A stretch of DNA of 64,000 nt from Myxococcota bacterium (GCA_965250285.1 OZ252299.1:2176001-2240000), one strand, 5' to 3'; shown: positions 50,475 to 60,817, counted from the stretch's first letter. The notes: generated by a model from the sequence alone, not told the origin. Numbers and translations: made by a program.

Positions 50475-51326
50475 GAAGAGCGGCTCGATGCCGAAGCCGG
50501 CGACGTCCGACTGCATCACCGCATCGTCCGGCGCGGGCGCCGCGTTCGTGGCCGCTTCGAGCGTGATTCGAAGCAGGCGCCCATCCGAAGACGTATTCAG
50601 GAACGCATCGGGTCGCGCGAGCACCCAGTGGACCGCGCGGCGGATCGCGTCCTCGTCCTGAATCGGTTCGTACCACGAGAAGCGCGGCCCATCGTCGCTC
50701 TGCCAGCGGCCCCGCGCGAGCGCCTTGATCGTTTGAAGGGCCACGCCGCGATCGCTGCACGCCGTCGCGAGTCGGTCGAAATCGTCCCGGTACTCGGGCT
50801 GAGCCATCATCGTGAAGTTGTACGGCGCGAGCACCGAGTCGAACGGAAACGCGTCGAGGCTGCGCAGGTGCATCATGGGCGCGAAGGTCCCGTGACCGGT
50901 CACGCCGAGGTGTCGGACCAGCCCCTCCTCCTGCGCGCGAGCGAGCGATTCGACCGCTCCGCCCGCTCCGAAGGCAGTCTGCCAGTCGGGCTCCTCGACG
51001 AGATTGTGGAGCTGGATCAGGTCGACCTGGTCGACGCCCATGCGCTCGAGCGAGCGCTCGAGGCTCGCGCGGGCCGCAGCGCCTTCGCGTTCGCCGGTCT
51101 TCGTCGCGAGGAATACGGCGTCGCGGTGATCTGCGAGGAACGGACGGAGCCGCAGCTCGGACTCGCCGTACGACGCGGCCGTGTCGATGTGGTTGATCCC
51201 GAATTCGAGCAGAGTGTCGAAGACGGTCTGTGCGCGCGTCTCCGACATCGCCGCCAGTGCGGCCGCGCCGAAGAGAATGCGCGTGCTCTCGTGTCCGGTG
51301 CGCCCGAAGGCCATGCGCTCGATCAT
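50448..51326 (-). CDS. Aldo/keto reductase
   Basis: GINHIDTAASYG, LATKT, DLIQLH. Confidence 0.92.
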   Translation of the reverse strand: MIERMAFGRTGHESTRILFGAAALAAMSETRAQTVFDTLLEFGINHIDTAASYGESELRLRPFLADHRDAVFLATKTGEREGAAARASLERSLERMGVDQVDLIQLHNLVEEPDWQTAFGAGGAVESLARAQEEGLVRHLGVTGHGTFAPMMHLRSLDAFPFDSVLAPYNFTMMAQPEYRDDFDRLATACSDRGVALQTIKALARGRWQSDDGPRFSWYEPIQDEDAIRRAVHWVLARPDAFLNTSSDGRLLRITLEAATNAAPAPDDAVMQSDVAGFGIEPLFVRGVSDAI

Positions 51327-51516
51327 GGCGCCAGCCTACACCAGCGCCGCGCGGACGTGGGCCTCGACGAGGGCGTTGCGCTCTCGGCGACCCACTCCAG
51401 GGCGCAAAGTCGATCCACTCCCTGCGCGGATCGACACGGCGCGCCGCCTCGATCGACGGCTATGCTGCGCAAGCGCCCGGCGGGCGCGAATCCCCTCGAT
51501 CCCATCCGGAGTCCCC

Positions 51517-52422
51517 ATGTCCTACGAGCAGATCAGCTACGCCGTCGAGAACGGGCGCGCGCGCCTGAGCCTCAATCGACCCGACAAGCGCAACGCGCTC
51601 TCGGACAAGCTCCTCGACGAGCTCGAACACGCCCTGTGGGAGGCGGACGATGATCGCGACGTGCACTGTGTGATCCTGAAGGGCGCGGGCAAGGCGTTCT
51701 GCGCGGGGTACGACCTCGACCCGAGCAACTACCAACGAAAAGACGATGGCATCAAGCGCCGGACGGGCGCCACGATCGACGACGACATGTGGATGCTCGA
51801 ACGTCGGCAGCGCCGGATGCGCGCGATCTGGGAGATGCACAAGCCGGTGATCGCCCAGGTGCACGGTCACTGCCTCGCCGGCGGCACCGACCTCGCCTTC
51901 TATTGTGATGTGGTGATCGCGGCCGACGACGCCAACATCGGCTTCCCCCCGGCGCGCAATCTCGGCGCGCTGCCCAATCAGATGTGGGTCTACAACTGCG
52001 GCCCGCAGTGGGCGAAGCGCCTGCTGCTCACCGGCGACACGATCAGCGGCGCGGATGCAGCCGAGATCGGGCTCGTCCTCAAATCGGTCCCGCCCGACAT
52101 GCTCGAGGCCGAGGTCGAGGGCCTCGCCGACCGAATGGCCCTGATCGACCCCGACCTGCTCTCGGCCAACAAGCGGATCGTGAACGCGGGGGTCGACCTG
52201 ATGGGCGCGACCGTGCTGCAGCGGCTGGCGGCCGAGAACGACGCCCGCGGCCACCGTGCCCCGGGCACGAAGGCGTACTTCAAGGCCGTCGCCGAGCACG
52301 GGCTCAAGGGCGCGTTCAAGGAGCGCGACGCCAAGTTCGGGGATGGTCGGGTTCGAGTGCGTGGGCCCGAGGTGCGGGACGCAGAGGGACGGCTCCTGCC
52401 CTGGCCGCCCGAAGACGCCTGA
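51517..52422 (+). CDS. Enoyl-CoA hydratase/isomerase family protein
   Basis: LNRPDKRNAL, FCAGYDL, KPVIAQVHGHCLAGG. Confidence 0.92.
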   Translation: MSYEQISYAVENGRARLSLNRPDKRNALSDKLLDELEHALWEADDDRDVHCVILKGAGKAFCAGYDLDPSNYQRKDDGIKRRTGATIDDDMWMLERRQRRMRAIWEMHKPVIAQVHGHCLAGGTDLAFYCDVVIAADDANIGFPPARNLGALPNQMWVYNCGPQWAKRLLLTGDTISGADAAEIGLVLKSVPPDMLEAEVEGLADRMALIDPDLLSANKRIVNAGVDLMGATVLQRLAAENDARGHRAPGTKAYFKAVAEHGLKGAFKERDAKFGDGRVRVRGPEVRDAEGRLLPWPPEDA

Positions 52423-52461
52423 ACGCGCGCCCTCCCCCACGACGACGCTACCCTCGGCGCG

Positions 52462-53439
52462 ATGTCGACGAGCGAGCGAATCATCGAAGCGGTCCGACGC
52501 ACAAATGCCCTCGGCCTCTGCCTCTGCGTGTGGGCGCTGGGGATGGCGCTCTCTGCAGAACCGGCCCGGGCCGCGAGCCAACGTGTGCAGCAAGCGTACG
52601 CCGAGTACGTCGAACGACGTCAGGCGGACCAGCTCGCCGAAGCGCTCGGCCCGGCCAAACGGGCATACGACTACGCGCAGCAGGATCTCGGCGTCGACGA
52701 CGATCGCCTCGCGCTGACGGCGGCCGCCCTCGGTGCGCTCCTGCTCGACCTCGATCGCCCGGTCGACGCACTTCGCCCGCTGACGCATGCCCGCGAGCTC
52801 TACGATCATCAGCGCGGGCCCACGTCGGCGAAGTCGCGCACGATGCAGCGCCGAATCGCCGAGGCGAACCAGCGACTCGGACGCTACGAGGCGGCCGAGA
52901 AGACCTACCTCGATCTCATCGAACGCGCGAAGGGCGCCGAAGGTAACCCGACGGCCGAGCTCGCGGGTCTCTACTCGCGACTGCAGACACTGGCCGAGGA
53001 GGCCGGCGCGCTGCCGCGCTGTCGACGCTATGGCCTCGAGTCGATGAAGCTGTACCGCGCCTCCCGCGGCCCCGAGAGCCTGCCCGAAGGGCTCGTTGCC
53101 ATTCGCGTCGCCAACGCCATGTTCGAGTCGGGCGACATCGGCACCGGCCTCGACATGCTCGAATACGGAACGCCGATTCTCGAGAAGCGGCTCGAGGCGG
53201 GAGACCCCCAGCTCACCACGCTCTACGAGTTCGTCGTCGAGGTGTACGGGCAGATCGGTGATACGCAACGCGAGCGTCGGTATCGCGTGCGCCTCAAGAA
53301 GAACCAGAAGAAGGAGGCGGAGTTCGCGCGCAAGCGCGACGCGCAGCGAAGCGCCGGTGCGTCTTCGAACGAAGCGTCGGGCGCCGACGCCGAACCTGGC
53401 GATGTGATCGATGGGGACGCGAGCGGGCCGCCTGGTTGA
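52462..53439 (+). CDS. Exported tetratricopeptide-repeat protein
   Basis: Signal-like N-terminus; TPR-like helices (LGRYEAAEKTY). Confidence 0.7.
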   Translation: MSTSERIIEAVRRTNALGLCLCVWALGMALSAEPARAASQRVQQAYAEYVERRQADQLAEALGPAKRAYDYAQQDLGVDDDRLALTAAALGALLLDLDRPVDALRPLTHARELYDHQRGPTSAKSRTMQRRIAEANQRLGRYEAAEKTYLDLIERAKGAEGNPTAELAGLYSRLQTLAEEAGALPRCRRYGLESMKLYRASRGPESLPEGLVAIRVANAMFESGDIGTGLDMLEYGTPILEKRLEAGDPQLTTLYEFVVEVYGQIGDTQRERRYRVRLKKNQKKEAEFARKRDAQRSAGASSNEASGADAEPGDVIDGDASGPPG

Positions 53440-53520
53440 TCCCGATCACCGCTCGGGGACGAGGGGCTGCGGTATGCTCCCGCGTCGCGTCGAACCCGGC
53501 CGGGTTCGTCCGGAGGACCG

Positions 53521-56500
53521 ATGCTGCACTTACGCCGCCGTCGCGAGCGCCCCGCCGCGTCGGCTCGCACCCGACCCGGCCCGCATTCGCGCCGCCGCCC
53601 CTCTGCCACGCTCGCACTCGGCCTCTCGGCCCTGACGCTGCTCGTGGGCCTCGACGCGCGCGCGGCCAACTTCATCGTCTTCAATCAGACCGACGATCTC
53701 GTCGTCGCGCCCGATGGCTCGCTGCGTCAGGCCGTGCGCGAGCTCGATCTGATCGGTGACGTCGACGAAAACTCGATCTTCTTCGACCTGCCCACGAACG
53801 TGCCCGTGCTGCTCGAAGGCGCGCTCCCCGACATCACGCGCAACGTCGAGATCATCTCCGATCCGCTCTTCGGCGGCACGGTGAGCAAGGCCGACCCCGA
53901 GCTCGCGTTCGACATTCTGCGCGTGGCGACGGGCACGACGATCCTCGACGGCGTCGTCCTCGAAGACGGCCCGATCACGGTCGGCATCGACGGGTCGGGC
54001 GGCACCGATCCGACCGAGGCGAGCGAGGCTCGGGTCGGCTTCCGGTACGCCGAGGGGACGCTCGTCGAGTTCGATCAGACGATCACGGGGCTCGGCGGCG
54101 TGATCAAGGAGGGGCTCGGCGAGCTCGTCCTGAGCGGCGAGAACGACTTCGAGGCCGGCCTCTTCGTGACCGAAGGCAGCGTCGTCGTCGATGCGCAGTC
54201 GCTCCCCGGCGACGCCACGGTCGAAGACGGCGGCCTGCTCGTCTTCTCGAACTTCGACCGAGATCCCGACTCGGACGACCAACTCGAAGACGAGATCTAC
54301 GCAGGCGAAGTCAACGGCGAAGGTTCGGTCCGCAAGATCGGCTTCCACGACCTCGAGCTGACCGGCGTCGGCCTGCTGCAGACGGGAGGCACCGAGATTC
54401 TCGAGGGCTCCATCACCGCGACCCCCGCCCAGTTTCCCGGCGATGCGACGATCGGAGCCGATGCGAACCTCGTGCTCGACGTGGCGGGGGACGAGACGTG
54501 GGCCGGCAACGCCGATGGCGAGGGCGCGATCGCCAAGGGCGGGGCCGGCCGCCTGACCCTCGAAGGCACGCACACCAACACGCTCGGCATCTTCGTCGGT
54601 CAGGGCAGCGTGCGCGGCGCGGCGGCCAACCTCCCCCCGCGCGTCGAGCTCGCCGACGTCGGGACCACCCTCGAGATCGATCAACCGACGTCGGGCCAGT
54701 TCGACGGCGTGATCACCGGCAGTGGTCCGGTCGAGAAGCACGGCGCCGGCACGCTCACCCTCGCTGGCCAGAACGACTACACGGGCGGCACGACCATTCT
54801 CCAGGGGCGACTGCGCGGGGGCCTCGCTTCGATCCCGGGCGACGTCGTCGTCGATCCGGCGCTCGACGGCACGAGCACGCTCGAGCTCGTCATCGACGAC
54901 ACGCGCACCGCGACCGGCACCTACTCGGGCACCGGCGCGCTGGTCAAGAGCGGCAGCGGCCGCCTCGTCTTCGACAGCATTCAGCCGCTGCAGGGCGCGA
55001 TCACGGTCGAGTCGGGCGCGCTCGAGCTGACGTCGACCGGTCGAATCGACGGCAGCGTGGGGGGCATCGGCATCGCGCGCGGCGGCGAGCTGACGGGCGA
55101 AGGTCAGGCGACGGGCGATCTGGCCGTGAGCGGTCGCGTGCGGCCTGGCTCGGGTCTCGGGACGAGCCTCACCGCCGCAGGCAACGCGACGTTCGACGTC
55201 GACTCGGTCCTCGACGTCGAAGTGCAGTACGACGTCGGCGTCGGCAATCAGTCGAGCCTGCTCGTCGGCGGCACGACCACGCTCGAGGGCGGCACCGTCG
55301 ACGTCGAGGTTCAGCCCGGCGACTACGGCACAGCCCGCGCGTTCGCGGTGCTCTCGAGCGGAGCGATCGTCGAGACCGCGCCCGTTCAGCTCACACCCGT
55401 CTACGCGTTCGTCGACGTGACGGCGGCCACCGTCGGCAACGTGCTCGAGGTGAGCGTCGTCGAGAACGGCGCGAACGCGGTCACCTTCGCGCAGACCGAG
55501 AACCAGTTTCAGGTCGCCAGCGCACTCGACCAGCTGGTCGCGACCGATTCGCTCGACGACGACGTGCAGCGCAGCCTGGTCTCGGTGACCGTCGAAGACC
55601 TGCCCCGCGTGCTCGATGAGATGGGCGCCGCCTCGCTGTCGGTGATGTTCACGCAGCGCATCGAGAGCGGGCGCCGGTTCTCCCGGGCCGTGGCACGCCG
55701 CTTCACGGCCGCTCGCTACGAGGATTCACAGCCGAAGCCGCTGCGACGCGCGCCCAGGCCTGTGCGGCGGCCGTCACCCCCGCCCGAAGATCGCGTGCCC
55801 ACCGACCGACTCCACGGCCCCGATCGCATGGGTGCCGACGCGCCGTCGCCGTCGCCCGCCCCCGCTCCCGAAACGCTTGAAGGATCGTCGTCGCCCGACG
55901 TCGTCGAAGAGTCGGCGCCGTCTTCGGGCGAACCCACCGCGGTCGAAGAAGCGGCGCCGTCATCGGGCGAACCCACCGCGGTCGAGAAAGCGGCGCCGTC
56001 GGCGCTCGATCCGCCGCCCGTCGAAGCTGGACCGGCCCACCGCGCCAAGCCGATCGGCGGGTCGCAGGCCGGGCTGGCACTGTGGGGCGACGTCTTCGGC
56101 GTGTTCGGCAAGATCGACGGCGGCGTCGAGAGCGAAGACGTGAAGACGCGACTCTACGGCTTCACCCTCGGCGCCGACTATCGATTTCAGGAGGGGGGGC
56201 TGCTGCCCGAGGGCCACGGTCTGCGCGTCGGGGGCGCCGTCGACTACGGGCGCGCTGCTCCGCGCGGCGAACGGGGTCGAACCGAGACGAAGGCCAACCT
56301 CTTCCTCGTCGGCGGCCACGTGTCGTGGACCCGTGGCCCCCTCTACGCCGGCCTCGTCGGGCGCTACGGCTACATGAATGGCGAGAGCAGCCGGCGCATC
56401 GTCTTCGGCGACATCGACTCGACCGCCCTCGGCGACTTCGACGGCCAGGAGGGAGGTCTCTACACCGAGGTCGGCGCGCGCTTCGACGTCGGTCGCAACG

Positions 56501-56922
56501 TGATCCTGCAGCCGCGCGCCGGCGTCGAGTGGTCGAGACTGTCCCAGTCGGCGTTCACCGAGACGGGCGCGCCCGGTCTGAACCTCGACGTCGACTCACA
56601 GACGATCGACTCGATCCGCCCCTTCGTCATCGCGAACATCGCGGCCGAGATGACGCTCTACGACCGGTTTGGGATCGAGCCCGAGCTGCGCATCGGCTGG
56701 GGCACCGAGCTCGGCGACATCGACCGACTGATCGATGCCCGGCTCGAGGGCGTCGGCTTCTCGTCGATTGGCGCCGAGACGGCTCGCAACGAAGCCCTGA
56801 TCGGGGCGGGCTACACGATGCGGGTCACGCGCGGCGTCGCGATCTCGCTCGAGTACGACGCCCGCCTCGGCTCGAAGATCGCGTCGCACTCGATCGCGGC
56901 GGGGCTCCACATGCTCTGGTAG
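53521..56922 (+). CDS. Type Va autotransporter with passenger-associated transport repeats
   Basis: Signal peptide; repeated KxGxGxLxLxGxNxYTGGTTI motifs; C-terminal autotransporter barrel ending in Trp. Confidence 0.9.
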   Translation: MLHLRRRRERPAASARTRPGPHSRRRPSATLALGLSALTLLVGLDARAANFIVFNQTDDLVVAPDGSLRQAVRELDLIGDVDENSIFFDLPTNVPVLLEGALPDITRNVEIISDPLFGGTVSKADPELAFDILRVATGTTILDGVVLEDGPITVGIDGSGGTDPTEASEARVGFRYAEGTLVEFDQTITGLGGVIKEGLGELVLSGENDFEAGLFVTEGSVVVDAQSLPGDATVEDGGLLVFSNFDRDPDSDDQLEDEIYAGEVNGEGSVRKIGFHDLELTGVGLLQTGGTEILEGSITATPAQFPGDATIGADANLVLDVAGDETWAGNADGEGAIAKGGAGRLTLEGTHTNTLGIFVGQGSVRGAAANLPPRVELADVGTTLEIDQPTSGQFDGVITGSGPVEKHGAGTLTLAGQNDYTGGTTILQGRLRGGLASIPGDVVVDPALDGTSTLELVIDDTRTATGTYSGTGALVKSGSGRLVFDSIQPLQGAITVESGALELTSTGRIDGSVGGIGIARGGELTGEGQATGDLAVSGRVRPGSGLGTSLTAAGNATFDVDSVLDVEVQYDVGVGNQSSLLVGGTTTLEGGTVDVEVQPGDYGTARAFAVLSSGAIVETAPVQLTPVYAFVDVTAATVGNVLEVSVVENGANAVTFAQTENQFQVASALDQLVATDSLDDDVQRSLVSVTVEDLPRVLDEMGAASLSVMFTQRIESGRRFSRAVARRFTAARYEDSQPKPLRRAPRPVRRPSPPPEDRVPTDRLHGPDRMGADAPSPSPAPAPETLEGSSSPDVVEESAPSSGEPTAVEEAAPSSGEPTAVEKAAPSALDPPPVEAGPAHRAKPIGGSQAGLALWGDVFGVFGKIDGGVESEDVKTRLYGFTLGADYRFQEGGLLPEGHGLRVGGAVDYGRAAPRGERGRTETKANLFLVGGHVSWTRGPLYAGLVGRYGYMNGESSRRIVFGDIDSTALGDFDGQEGGLYTEVGARFDVGRNVILQPRAGVEWSRLSQSAFTETGAPGLNLDVDSQTIDSIRPFVIANIAAEMTLYDRFGIEPELRIGWGTELGDIDRLIDARLEGVGFSSIGAETARNEALIGAGYTMRVTRGVAISLEYDARLGSKIASHSIAAGLHMLW
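55903..56001 (+). repeat. 39-bp (13-aa VEEsAPSSGEPTA) coding tandem repeat, about 2.5 copies
   Basis: Units at 55903, 55942 and 55981, inside the Pro/Ser-rich linker of the autotransporter. Confidence 0.88.
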
Positions 56923-56939
56923 CGGGCCCCCGGCCCGTC

Positions 56940-58166
56940 CTACGCGTAGCGCGCGCGCAGCGCGTCGGCGCCGAGCCCGGTGACGCCTTCGAGCGCCGTC
57001 AGCAGATCAGCCTCGTCGAGGTCGCTGGTCTCGAGCCGCCCCTGCAGCGCGCGCGCCGTCTCGAAGGCCTGGGTGGCGGTGTCGAGCATCCGCACGCGCG
57101 TCTTGCCGGTCTCGGGGTCGAGGATGTCATCGAATGGGATCGGCACGATGCGGGTGCCCTGCCGCGTGATCATGACGTTGCTCGCACCGTCGAGCATCGC
57201 CCGCACCGCACCGGCACCCAGATCGCGCGTGTACTCCTGGTCGAACGCACTCGGTGCTGCGCAGCGCAGCTCGTACCCGATGTCCTTCGTCACCATCGTC
57301 GTACCGAGGCCCACTTCAGCGAGCCCCAGCTGCACCTGATCCCGTACGAGCTTGCCAAGCGGCAGCTCGGCCAATCGAATGTGATTGTGTTCGTCGCGCG
57401 GCAGATCGGGGAAGTCCTCGAGGTCGGCCGCGTCGAGCAGCTCGCCGATGCCCTCGGCCAGCACCACGAGGCCATGGGGCTCGCCCTCGGCCGCGCGCTT
57501 GACGATCGCGCCCTCGATGATCCGTGCGAGCTCGGCCAATCGGATGCGACCCGAAGGAAACTCTTCTCGCACGATCGAAACCGTCGCGCCGGCGGCCTTG
57601 CCCGAGCCGAGAGCGAGGTGCCCGGCGTGGCGTCCCATCAACACCGTGAGGTACCAGCGCCGGGTCGTGCGGGCGTCTTCGAGCAGCGACGCGAGGATCG
57701 TCGCAGCGGTCGCGCGCGCGGTCTCGTAACCGAACGTCGGGATGTCGTTCGGCAGCGGCAGGTCGTTGTCGATCGTCTTCGGAACGTGCGCGACCTTGAC
57801 TCGACCGTCGGCCGCTTCGCCGACACAGCGCGCGCTGTAACAGGTGTCGTCGCCGCCGATCGAGATGAGGTGGTCGACGCCGAGGGCTCCGAGCGACTGC
57901 ACGACGCGTTCGAGGTTCGCGGGATCCTTCGTCGGATTGGCGCGCGACGTGTAGAGGATCGATCCCCCCTGCTGGTGGATGCGAGCCACGTCTTCGGCGT
58001 GCAGCGGAGAGGCGTGCGCAGTCTCGCCGGCCATCAGCCACCGGAACCCCTCGCGGATCCCGATCACGTCGTGCCCGCGCGCGCGGGCCATGAGCGTCGC
58101 GGCGGCGATCACGCCATTGATGCCAGGTGCGGGGCCGCCGCCCACCAGAATGCCGAACGTTGCCAA
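56940..58166 (-). CDS. pfp: 6-phosphofructokinase, probably PPi-dependent
   Basis: GGGPAPGIN, GGDDT (Asp at the specificity position), PKTIDND, MGR, GYELRC; TTG start after GGGAGAG. Confidence 0.88.
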   Translation of the reverse strand: MATFGILVGGGPAPGINGVIAAATLMARARGHDVIGIREGFRWLMAGETAHASPLHAEDVARIHQQGGSILYTSRANPTKDPANLERVVQSLGALGVDHLISIGGDDTCYSARCVGEAADGRVKVAHVPKTIDNDLPLPNDIPTFGYETARATAATILASLLEDARTTRRWYLTVLMGRHAGHLALGSGKAAGATVSIVREEFPSGRIRLAELARIIEGAIVKRAAEGEPHGLVVLAEGIGELLDAADLEDFPDLPRDEHNHIRLAELPLGKLVRDQVQLGLAEVGLGTTMVTKDIGYELRCAAPSAFDQEYTRDLGAGAVRAMLDGASNVMITRQGTRIVPIPFDDILDPETGKTRVRMLDTATQAFETARALQGRLETSDLDEADLLTALEGVTGLGADALRARYA

Positions 58167-58310
58167 GCCTGCTCTCCCGTCGTGATGCGATTCGAGCGCG
58201 CGGTCCCGCCGCGCGGGACCGGGAGTGTGAGTCGCCGCCCCATCCACCGCAAGGCAGTCGTCGACCCGAGCGATCGGCGTACCATGAGGCGCGAGCCGCG
58301 CGACGCCGCG

Positions 58311-59567
58311 CTACTCGAGCGTCGCGTACTCCGTCGACCGGTCGGCCGCCCGCTCGCCTCGCACCTCGGCGACCGAATCGCGCAGCGCCTCGAGGTAGTC
58401 GTCGATCACCCCGGTATTGCTGTTGCTGACCGTCGAGTGCAGCGAGTCGGGCGGCGCCTGTCGATCGTGGTACCAGCCGCGCGCCAGCAGGGCGTCGCCC
58501 ACGGCGAACGCGTCGACCGGCGCCCCGACACAGTCGGGGTCGTCGCTCATGGCGACGAGGTGGTATCGGGGATCGCCGAGCACGCGCACGCCGTCGATCT
58601 CGGCGATGCCGGCCCGCAGTCGATCGGCGTTCTCGAGCGTCTGCCGCGTGAGCGCGCAGTACCCTTCCATACCGAGATGCTGGATCACGGCCCAGGCGGT
58701 CGCCATGGGCAGCCCTGACCGCGTGCCCTGCAGGTTCGGAGACGCGTAGAAGCCGCCGAGCCAATCCTCGAACACGAACGTCTGATGGCGACGCAGCGCC
58801 TTGTTTCGGTGCAGGATCACCGACACGCCCTTCGGTGCGTAGCCGAGCTTGTGGATGTCGGCCGAGATCGAGTGCACGCCCTCGACCCGAAAATCCCACG
58901 GCGGCACGTCATGCCCGAGCTGCTCGACAAAGGGCAGCACGAAGCCACCCATGCACGCGTCGACGTGGCAGTTGGCGCCGACGGTCGCCGCCAGCTCGGC
59001 GATCGCGGGGATCGGATCGACGACGCCCTGCGGATACTGGGGGGCGCTGCCGACGCAGAGGATCGTGTTCTCGTTCACGTGCGCGGCCATCGCGTCGACG
59101 TCGGCCCGCCAATCCGGCAGCACCTTCGTCTTGCGCACGGTGATGCCGAAGAGATGCGCCGCCTTGTGGAAGGCCGCATGCGCGCTGTCGGCCACGACCA
59201 TCTCGGGCGCGCTGATCCCCCGCTCGTCAAGGCCGCGCTCGCGGGCCGCGAGCACGGCGCACAGGATCGACTCGGTCCCGCCGCTCGTCAGAAAGCCGGC
59301 CACGTCGGGCGGGCCGCTGAGCAACGCCGCCGTCCACCCGACCACCTCGCTCTGGATCTGACCGAGTGAGGGGAACGCCTTGGTATTGAGCGCGTTCTCG
59401 TGCAGGTACAGGGCCGCAGCCCGCGAGGCCACCTCGTGCACCGACGGTCCGCCGTCGTAGATCATCCCGAAGACGCGACCATCACTCCATTGCAGGTCGT
59501 TCGCGCGCTTCTCGTCGAGCTCGGCGATGACGTCGTCGACCGGGCGGGGCTTCGAAGGAAACTCCAT
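58311..59567 (-). CDS. Group II PLP enzyme, sphingosine-1-phosphate lyase-like
   Basis: TSGGTESI, AHAAFHKAA, HVDACMGGF, ISADIHKLGYAPKG (PLP Lys). Confidence 0.85.
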   Translation of the reverse strand: MEFPSKPRPVDDVIAELDEKRANDLQWSDGRVFGMIYDGGPSVHEVASRAAALYLHENALNTKAFPSLGQIQSEVVGWTAALLSGPPDVAGFLTSGGTESILCAVLAARERGLDERGISAPEMVVADSAHAAFHKAAHLFGITVRKTKVLPDWRADVDAMAAHVNENTILCVGSAPQYPQGVVDPIPAIAELAATVGANCHVDACMGGFVLPFVEQLGHDVPPWDFRVEGVHSISADIHKLGYAPKGVSVILHRNKALRRHQTFVFEDWLGGFYASPNLQGTRSGLPMATAWAVIQHLGMEGYCALTRQTLENADRLRAGIAEIDGVRVLGDPRYHLVAMSDDPDCVGAPVDAFAVGDALLARGWYHDRQAPPDSLHSTVSNSNTGVIDDYLEALRDSVAEVRGERAADRSTEYATLE

Positions 59568-59611
59568 TCAGCGTCTCTCCCAGAGCGGTGCGGATCGAGT
59601 CACGGCACCGG

Positions 59612-60817
59612 CTAGCCGATCGCGCCGCTCTCGCGGAGCTTTGCGATCTCTTCGGGCGTACGACCGAGCTCGGCCAACACCGCCTCGGTGTCCTGCCCGT
59701 GTTCGGGCGCCATGTGGCGGTGCTCGATCTGCGAGCGCCCGAAGTCGACCGGCGTCGCCGGCAGCATGGAGGTGGACGGACCGTCGGGAATCTCGGCGAA
59801 TCCGCCCGCCGCGAACACCTGCTCGTCCGCGAGGATCTCCTCGGACGTCTGCACCGGCGCCCACCAGAGATCGTCTTCGGCGTCGAAGATCGCGCCCCAT
59901 TCGGCGCGCGTCTTCGTCTTGAAGATCGCGTCGATCTCGCCGATCAGCTCCGACGCGTTCTGGGCGCGCGCCATCGGCGTGCCGTACGTCTCGCTGTCGA
60001 TCCACTCGGGGTGCCCGAGAGCGCGGCAGAGCGGAGGCCAGTGACGCTCGCCCTCGAGGCCCACGATCCAGAACCAGTGACCCGCGCTGTCCTGGTAGCT
60101 GTTGATCGCGGGGTTCGGCATCGCCGCGCGGTTCGCCTTCTGGATCGGTGCACCGAGCCGCAGCGCGAAGGCGAGGTCGAAGCTCAGCGTGTAGAGCCCC
60201 TCGCGCAGGAGCGACGTCGAGACGAGCTGACCCCGGCCGGTGCGGGCCCGCTCGACGAGCGCGGCCGACACCGCGCCGGCCAGCGCGAGCCCGGTGTTGT
60301 GGTCCCCCATGCCGCCGCGCTGAAACGGCGGCGGCTGATCGGGATAGCGCAGCGCCTCGGCGACGCCGGCCCGCGCCCAGAACGCGGCGATGTCGTACGC
60401 CGCCCGGTCGGCCTCGGGCCCATCGAGCCCGTACCCCGTGATCACGCCGTACACGAGCTTCGGATAGCGCTCGAGGAGTGAGCCGTGGTCGAGGCCGAGC
60501 CGCGCGAGTCCGGCGGGCCTCACGTTCGTCACGAAGACGTCGGCCTCGGCGAGCAGGTCGTGCACCACCGCCAGCCCTCCTTCGGTGCGTGCGTCGACGA
60601 TGACGCTCCGCTTGTTGCGGTTGTCCATCTCGAAGGGCGGGTTGAAGGGCAGATCGGCGCCGTACATCTTGCTGAAGCTGCGCGCCGGGTCGCCCATACC
60701 GGGGGGCTCGACCTTGACGACGTCGGCGCCCCAGTCGGCGAGGATGCCGCCGGCAGCCGGCGCCGCGACCCACACCCCCATCTCCACGACCTTGATGCCT
60801 TCGAGCGGTCCTGCCAT
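59612..60817 (-). CDS. Family III CoA-transferase (single domain)
   Basis: GPLEGIKVVE, GADVVKVEPP, NRNKRS, GMGD. Confidence 0.93.
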   Translation of the reverse strand: MAGPLEGIKVVEMGVWVAAPAAGGILADWGADVVKVEPPGMGDPARSFSKMYGADLPFNPPFEMDNRNKRSVIVDARTEGGLAVVHDLLAEADVFVTNVRPAGLARLGLDHGSLLERYPKLVYGVITGYGLDGPEADRAAYDIAAFWARAGVAEALRYPDQPPPFQRGGMGDHNTGLALAGAVSAALVERARTGRGQLVSTSLLREGLYTLSFDLAFALRLGAPIQKANRAAMPNPAINSYQDSAGHWFWIVGLEGERHWPPLCRALGHPEWIDSETYGTPMARAQNASELIGEIDAIFKTKTRAEWGAIFDAEDDLWWAPVQTSEEILADEQVFAAGGFAEIPDGPSTSMLPATPVDFGRSQIEHRHMAPEHGQDTEAVLAELGRTPEEIAKLRESGAIG

